This document shows, one piece after another, positions 8,920-14,800 of a DNA stretch of 14,800 nucleotides (position 1 is the stretch's first letter; each line of letters opens with the position of its first letter). Made by a program: the position numbers and the translations under genes. This DNA is from Octopus sinensis. Taxonomy: Eukaryota. Under the pieces are notes generated by a model. It had not been told where the DNA came from, did not search any database, and saw only the letters and a list, made by a program, of their open reading frames with translations. The stretch lies in contig NW_021825691.1 in the NCBI RefSeq assembly GCF_006345805.1, forward strand, positions 1 to 14,800. Direction: 5' to 3'.

Positions 8920-9265
8920 AATATATTCTTGGCAGAAGTTAAGCGAAACACTTCTTGTGGATTCCTTCTCAGAGAGTCTCAACCGTTCTTTGGAACGGAA
9001 CGTAACGGAATGGAAAGACAACGCAAGTCTAACAGGAAGCGATTGCAAATATAATTCTAGACACAGATATAAACAAACATATATAGGCTATAAATATGTA
9101 CTTACATACCCACTGCCTATCCTATCCTGTCCAACGGAGGCGAAGGTTAAAATATTCGAAATGTCCGAAGGCGGACAAGAGGTTTTGTCATGGGACAACC
9201 GGATGTATTACGCGTTGTCACGTTGACACACCGGAGAAGCGATACGCATTCCACCATCCATCCGA

Positions 9266-9790
9266 ACATACACGCATGCGTACATACATACATACATACA
9301 TACATACAATCATACATACATACATACATACATACAAACATACAAACATACATACGTACATACGTACATATTTACATATGTACATACATACATACGTACG
9401 TACGTACATGCATACATACATACATACATACATACATACATACATACAAACATACATACAAACATACATACAAACATACATACATACATACGTACGTACG
9501 TACATACATACGTAGTACGTACATACATACATACATACATACATACATACATACATACGTACATACATACATACACACATACATACAAACATACGTACAT
9601 ACATACAAACACACATACAAACACACATACAAACACACATACATACAATCATACATACATGCATACATATATACGTACGTACACACATACATACATACAC
9701 ACGTACATACGCATGCATACACACACATGCATACATGCATTCATTCATACATACATACATACATACATATACATACGTACGTACGTACAA
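9266..9790. repeat. (TACA)n microsatellite with TACG and AACA variants
   Basis: Visible directly. Confidence 0.95.
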
Positions 9791-9840
9791 ACACAAAGAA
9801 AACCGAAAACCTACTCTTAAGAACACAGATTTCTTGCATT

Positions 9841-9842
<2 letters not shown>

Positions 9843-9886
<44 letters not shown>

Positions 9887-9920
9887 GGGGAGAAGGAGAG
9901 AGGGAGAGAGAGAAAGAGAG
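9843..9920. repeat. (GA)n polypurine tract
   Basis: Visible directly. Confidence 0.95.
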
Positions 9921-10040
9921 ACCCATTTACCTTACACCCGTTTACGTTCAAATATTTATTTCGTTTCTCGACACTTGTCCATTCAAACGCACCCATGCAC
10001 ACACACACACACACCCCCCTTTTTGGTACTCTGTTATAAC

Positions 10041-10308
10041 TGTGAGATTCCAGCTGACCCGATCAGTGGTTGAGTATTCCACAGGCACGCGTACCGTCGA
10101 CGTAGTTCTCAAGGAGATTCAGGATGACACAGAATGTGACAAGGGGCTGGCCCCTTTTAATTACAGGTACAACTCATTTTTACCAGCTGAGTGGTCTGGA
10201 GCAACAGAAAATAGAGTGTCCTGCTCAAGGCCACAACACACCGCTTGGAATCGAACTCACAGCCTTTTGACTGAGAGCCAAATACCCTAGGCATTAAACC
10301 ACGCGCCT
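10041..10308 (-). mobile_element. Diverged SINE 'D': own tRNA-like head and CORE-like box, with the SINE B 3' module
   Basis: 10064-10173 aligns with B (GTGG.TGAG.A.TCCACAG.CAC...ACGTAGTTCT...GTGACAAGG...TACAGGTACAAC). 10174-10308 differs from B (AGTGTCCTGCTCAAGGCCACAAC, GGAATCGAACTC, CCACGCGCCT). Confidence 0.75.
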
Positions 10309-10700
10309 ATGTATATATGTATGTACGTATGTATGTACGTATGTATGTATGTATGTATGTATGTATGTATGTATGTATGTATGTATGTATGTATGTGTGT
10401 ATGTATGTATGTATGTTATGTATGTATGTATGTGTGTATGTATGTATGTATGTGTGTATGTATGTATGTATGTATGTATGTGTGTATGTATGTATGTATG
10501 TACGTATGTATGTGTGTATGTATGTATGTATGTATGTACGTATGTATGTACGCATGTATGTATGTATGTATGTATGTATGTATGTATGTATGTATGTATG
10601 TATGTATGTATGTATGAGTGTATTTATAGATGTATATATGCACGAGAGTAAAATGTATATATTATGTATGTGTATGCATGTATGAATATATATATGTATA
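10309..10700. repeat. (TGTA)n microsatellite, reverse complement of the 9266-9790 tract
   Basis: Visible directly. Confidence 0.95.
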
Positions 10701-11052
10701 TCTGTAAGTATGCACCTAAAACATAACTGTACCGAATGACCCCTGGTGACTGTTGAAACTGATGACACGATCCGGGAGTGTCACACTCGAGACGAGAGCC
10801 AGCTGTCGGCAGAATCAGGCGACTATCACACAACTTCATCTTAGGTGTTGCTCACATTTCTTGCTAATTCACCAGACGCAATGAATGGTCAACAACCGGC
10901 GCCATTGGATCATTGAACTAGTTTTATTTGTCTCGTTCTCTATAGATCTTATTGTTGTAGTTGTTTGCGTCACTATCCGCCTGTTGTTGCTTGTTCGTTT
11001 GTTTGTTTGTTTGTTGTTGAACGAAGCGGTTTTCGTCCCATGTCTGTAGTGG

Positions 11053-11581
11053 GAGAAGTCCGAAACGTGGTCCTTTGCTATTCGTAAGACCCGCAGAAGA
11101 GAAAGCAGGTCAACCCCCCCCCCCGACACCGAGAGCATAGTCGGATGGATGAATGCGCATCCAGGCTCAGCGTAGGAAGTCGGGGACAAGAAACAGGAAG
11201 AAAGAGTGAGAGGAAGTTGGGGCGAAAGAGTACAACAGGGGTCGCCACCACCCCTGCGGAGCGGTCGAGAAATCCGAAACGTGGTCCTTTGCTATTCGTA
11301 AGACCCGCAGAAGAGAAAGAAGGTCAACCCCCCGACACCGAGAGCATAGTCGGATGACTGAATGCGCATCCAGGCTCAGCGTAGGAAGTCGGGGACAAGA
11401 AACGGGAAGAAAGAGTGAGAGGAAGTTGGAGCGAAAGAGTACAACAGGGGTCGCCACCACCTCTGCGGAGCTTTAGGTATTTTCGCTCAATAAACACACA
11501 CAACGCTCGGTCTGGGAATCGAAACCGTGATCCTCCGACCGCGAGTCCGCTACCCTAACCATTGGGCCATTGCGCCTCCAC
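11053..11581 (-). mobile_element. SINE 'B-prime': B head, alternative tail, body duplicated in tandem
   Basis: Head 11472-11581 is near-identical to B. Two body units start at 11053 and 11267 (GAGAA.TCCGAAACGTGGTCCTTTGC...) and differ by about 7 substitutions plus a C11 versus C6 run. Confidence 0.88.
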
Positions 11582-11677
11582 TGCTGTTGCTGTGGTGGTG
11601 GTCGTGGTAGTACACGTATTCAACTAGTATTTACTTAATCATTTAAAAATTTACGTAACAAATCAATCTAATCGATA

Positions 11678-11720
11678 TGGCAGTGCCCCAACATGGCCGC
11701 AGCTTTTCGAGATGAAATTA
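11678..11720 (+). mobile_element. Short eroded SINE C tail fragment
   Basis: TGGCAGTGCCCCAACATGGCCGCAG resembles GGTGGTGCTCCAGCATGGCCGCAG at 7215-7238. Confidence 0.45.
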
Positions 11721-11783
11721 TTCGTAAAAAACCCCCCAAAAACCCCAGATTTTCTGACTAATTATTCATCTTATTATAAAAGA

Positions 11784-12181
11784 CTAGCAGTATCGCCCGG
11801 CGTTGCTCGGGTTTGTGAGGGAAATAACTATATAAGCATTTTTAGATAGTTATAGCCAAAAAATAGCAAAAAAATGCATTAAAATGGAAAAAAAATTATG
11901 GTAATTTCTTTTTTAAATCGTTGACTCATCGTAGACATTTTTAGAGAGTTACTTCCCTTATATAATAGCGAAAAAATGCATTAAAGTGGAAAAAATGATG
12001 GTAAATTATTTTTTAAATCGTAGACTCATCGTAGACGCGCGCTAATACCCAGAAGGGCTCGATATGAATCACGACTATAAGATACCCGAATTTGGTTAAA
12101 CTGCACCGCAAAATGTGGGAGTAGTTAGGAATCTAATCGTAGGAGACAGACAGCACACAACTTCACTTTTATATATAAAGA
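11784..12181 (-). mobile_element. Non-autonomous Helitron-like element, 398 bp
   Basis: Minus strand reads A|TCTTTATATATAAAAG ... CCCGAGCAACGCCGGG-CGATACTG-CTAG|T: 5' TC, GC-rich subterminal hairpin (11796-11811), 3' CTAG, inserted between A and T, no TSD. Internal ~100-bp direct repeat at 11838-11936 and 11936-12036. Confidence 0.8.
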
Positions 12182-12376
12182 TTTGTTTTCTAACAAATAA
12201 ATTAAATTAACAAATTTTGATATAAATATTAAATTTTATTAATAAAAACCAAACGCAAACTTATTCTATGTTAAGAATCAAATACATAATTAATTAATTT
12301 ACAATAATAAACCTGTATTTATTAATTATGTCTGTACTTGAGACAAAATAATTACATATTTGCGCAGGCGGGGTTG

Positions 12377-12432
12377 TGATGATGGAGGTGGTGGTGGTGG
12401 TGGTAGTGGTATTGATGGTGATGATGATGATG
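12377..12432. repeat. (GGT)n/(GAT)n run
   Basis: Visible directly. Confidence 0.85.
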
Positions 12433-12547
12433 CGAGTGAGAGATCGTCGAAACACCTGAACCAATCATAATCCTTAAATTTGTACGGGAGAGTTCCATGA
12501 AAACCTTCACGAAGAATTTAATGTGTTTTTTTTTAAATTGATTTTTT

Positions 12548-12548
<1 letters not shown>

Positions 12549-12584
<36 letters not shown>
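12549..12584. repeat. (AG)n microsatellite
   Basis: Visible directly. Confidence 0.95.
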
Positions 12585-12587
<3 letters not shown>

Positions 12588-12683
12588 GAGATTTGAACAC
12601 GGGATCGGTTGATGACTGACTGAATTCGTTTCGGATCCATTTACCTTCTGTTACACCCATTTGTTGCTGATGTTATTGATTTG

Positions 12684-12870
12684 TTCTTCTTCTTCTTCTT
12701 CTTCTTCTTCTTCTTCTTCTTCTTCTCCTTCTTCTTCTTCTTCTTCTTATTCTTCACCTTTCTTTCTGTCTTCTTATTCATGTTTTTGCTGCTGTTATTT
12801 TACCTCCTCCCCCTCCTCTTCCCCTCCTCCCCTTCCTCCTCCTCCATCATCATCGTCGTCGTCATCGTCA
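12684..12870. repeat. Mosaic (TTC)n, (CCT)n and (TCR)n trinucleotide tract
   Basis: Visible directly. Confidence 0.9.
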
Positions 12871-12940
12871 AAAAAATGCTTTTTTAACAATTCAACATCT
12901 TAAAAAACATGAAACATCTTTGTCGACAAGAGAAAAAAAC

Positions 12941-13005
12941 CCACCACCACCACCAGCACCCCACCACCATCACCACCCCACCACCACCAACAACAACAAC
13001 AACAC
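12941..13005. repeat. (CCA)n/(CAA)n run
   Basis: Visible directly. Confidence 0.88.
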
Positions 13006-13249
13006 TATGATCATTTAGAGCAACACCAATTATTGTCATCGTTTTAAGATGTTCGTTGGCTAATTAAAAGGAACGCCTTAATAACCCAACCAATTAATTG
13101 ATGTGTTTTTCAAGATGGCCGTTTTAGGCTGAAGTTTAAATGAAGAATTAATTTCAGCGATGGAAAACCGATTTATAATCACTTGAAATCGTTTAGAAAA
13201 CAAGGTCGTGTACGGTATTTCGGTATTAATTTCCTCAAGAGGAACAAAC

Positions 13250-13832
13250 AGAACTGGCGGAATCGTTAGCAACCGGATAAAATGCTGTCTTTACGTTCTG
13301 AGTTCAAGTTTGACAGAGGCCAACTTTGCCTGTCATCCTTTCGGGGTCGATATAAAATGGATGGATGGAAGCACTCCGTCGGTTACGACGATGAGGGTTC
13401 CGGTTGATCCGAATCAACGGAACAGCCTGCTCGTGAAATTAACGTGTAAGTGGCTGAGCACTCCACAGACACGTGTACCCTTAACGTAGTTCTCGGGGAT
13501 ATTCAGCGTGACACAGAGAGTGACAAGGCCGGCCCTTTGAAATACAGGTACAACAGAAACAGGAAGTAAGAGTGAGAGAAAGTTGTGGTGAAAGAGTACA
13601 GCAGGGATCACTACCATCCCCTGCCGGAGCCTCGTGGAGCTTTAGGTGTTTTCGCTCAATAAACACTCACAACGCCCGGTCTGGGAATCGAAACTGCGAT
13701 CCTATGACCGCGAGTCCGCTGCCCTAACCACTGGGCCATTGCGCCTCCACTCGATATAAAATAGATACCAGCTGAACACTGAGGATGGCTGTAATCGACA
13801 TATTCCTCCCTCCCAAATTTCAGGCCTTGTGC
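13250..13832 (+). mobile_element. Old SINE A (A2 tail), split by a nested SINE B insertion
   Basis: 13250-13358 (GAACTGGCGGAATCGTTAGC...CATCCTTTCGGGGTCGATA) resumes at 13751 (...GATACCAGCTGAACACTG...CCAAATTTCAGGCCTTGTGC). Confidence 0.82.
13359..13750 (-). mobile_element. Young full-length SINE B with a perfect 12-bp TSD
   Basis: TCGATATAAAAT at 13347-13358 and 13751-13762; about 98% identical to 2554-2944 by my count. Confidence 0.95.
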
Positions 13833-13834
13833 AT

Positions 13835-14070
13835 CGGCGAGCTGGCAGAATCGTTAACACGCCGGACGAAAATGCTTAGCGGTATTTCGTCTGTCTTTAC
13901 GTTCTGAGTTCAAATTCCGTCGAGGTCGACTTTGCCTTTCATCCTTTCGGGGTTGATTAAATAAGTATCAGATACGCACTGGGGTCGATATAATCGACTT
14001 AATCCGTTTGTCTGTCCTTGTTTGTCCCCTCTGTGTTTAGCTCCTTGTGGGTAATAAAGAAATAGGTATT
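13835..14070 (+). mobile_element. SINE A with A1 tail, joined at GGTATTT to a second headless body
   Basis: Internal GGTATTT at 13881-13887; terminal GGTATTT at 14065-14071 runs straight into CGTCTGCC. Confidence 0.9.
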
Positions 14071-14212
14071 TCGTCTGCCTTTATGTTCTAGGTTCAAATT
14101 CCACCGAGGTCGACTTTGCTTTTCCTTCTTTGGGGTCGATAAATTAATTAATAGTAAAACACTGGAGTCGATGTAATAGATTATCCTCCTCCTCCAAATT
14201 TCAGGCTTTGTG
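14065..14212 (+). mobile_element. Headless older SINE A body with A2 tail
   Basis: Starts at GGTATTTCGTCTG and ends CCTCCAAATTTCAGGCTTTGTGC, the same tail type as 13805-13832. Confidence 0.8.
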
Positions 14213-14324
14213 CTGAATAATGAATATGAGGAATGAGGTGCAAATGGGGAGGAACAGCATCCCAAAATATGGCAAAAGGGGAAGGGGATACCAAAAGCTT
14301 AAGGACCATAGCTTTCGATGTTTG

Positions 14325-14530
14325 ACCCGCGTTTTCTGAGTTCAAATCCTACCGATATCAACTTTACCTTTATCGACCCTTGGAGGTCGATAAAATACAT
14401 CAGTGAAATAAAAAAAAAATCCACTTCTTAAAATCGATCTCCGACGACATTTGAACTCAGAGCGCAAAGTCGAAAGAAATGCCGCGTGGCATTTTGTCCG
14501 GCGTAATACCGATTATGCGAGCGAGCCGCC
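14325..14530. mobile_element. Two eroded SINE A fragments, + strand (14325-14405) and - strand (14431-14530)
   Basis: TTCTGAGTTCAAATCC...GGTCGATAAAATA on +; TTTGAACTCAGAGCG...GCATTTTGTCCGGCG...CGATT...GCCGCC on -. Confidence 0.6.
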
Positions 14531-14800
14531 AGAGGGACATCTTTAGGGTGAGTCTTACGATTTTGGTCATATTCACCATGAAATTCAGTATAGTTTCTCA
14601 GAATCTAAAAGCTAAAAAAAAAAAAAAAAAAACTCGGTCCTTTTTATTTTTGGCCCTTAGACTATAAGGCTGGTCCCTGAGTTTCATGGCTTATGAGGGA
14701 CCAAGATCATAACACCCGCCCTCCTTAAGTTCAAGGCTGGGAATTTTGAGAAGTGGATATTTTATTTGATTGATGTATTTTATCGACCTGATCACTGGTT

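Noticed and set aside
10701-10712. GTAAGT splice-donor consensus
   Set aside because: It is preceded directly by microsatellite with no plausible exon.
10758-10795. CTGATGA followed by short stems (second hammerhead candidate)
   Set aside because: No GAAA core follows the stem.
12661-12903. Ser/Pro-rich ORF, or an acidic ORF on the minus strand
   Set aside because: Pure trinucleotide mosaic; the acidic minus-strand reading is interrupted by a stop and has no complex sequence.
13111-13121. CAAGATGGCCG YY1-like motif
   Set aside because: Single isolated motif with no supporting cluster.

Overview
Eukaryotic, repeat-dense non-coding DNA with no intact protein-coding gene that I can support. 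Almost every ORF in the supplied track is a translation of a microsatellite (TA, CA, TACA, AAC, CTT). The repeats resemble the tRNA-derived SINEs I associate with octopus (coleoid cephalopod) genomes; this assignment is from recall, not a search. SINE family labels A, B, B', C and D are my own working names. Contents: about 20 full or partial SINE copies, a frameshifted mariner (DD34D) transposase C-terminus with its right end (5601-5992), a ~400 bp non-autonomous Helitron-like element with intact termini (11784-12181), and long microsatellites. The most interesting signals are: (1) SINE A's 3' end (GGTATT) matches a site in its own head and its target sites, producing head-once/body-repeated arrays; (2) SINEs B, B' and D exchange modules at one shared breakpoint; (3) a SINE-free island with M-box, CRE, CCAAT and three ETS motifs at 5049-5356 looks like a promoter; (4) a coding-like island at 8504-8919 is split by a T9C5 run.
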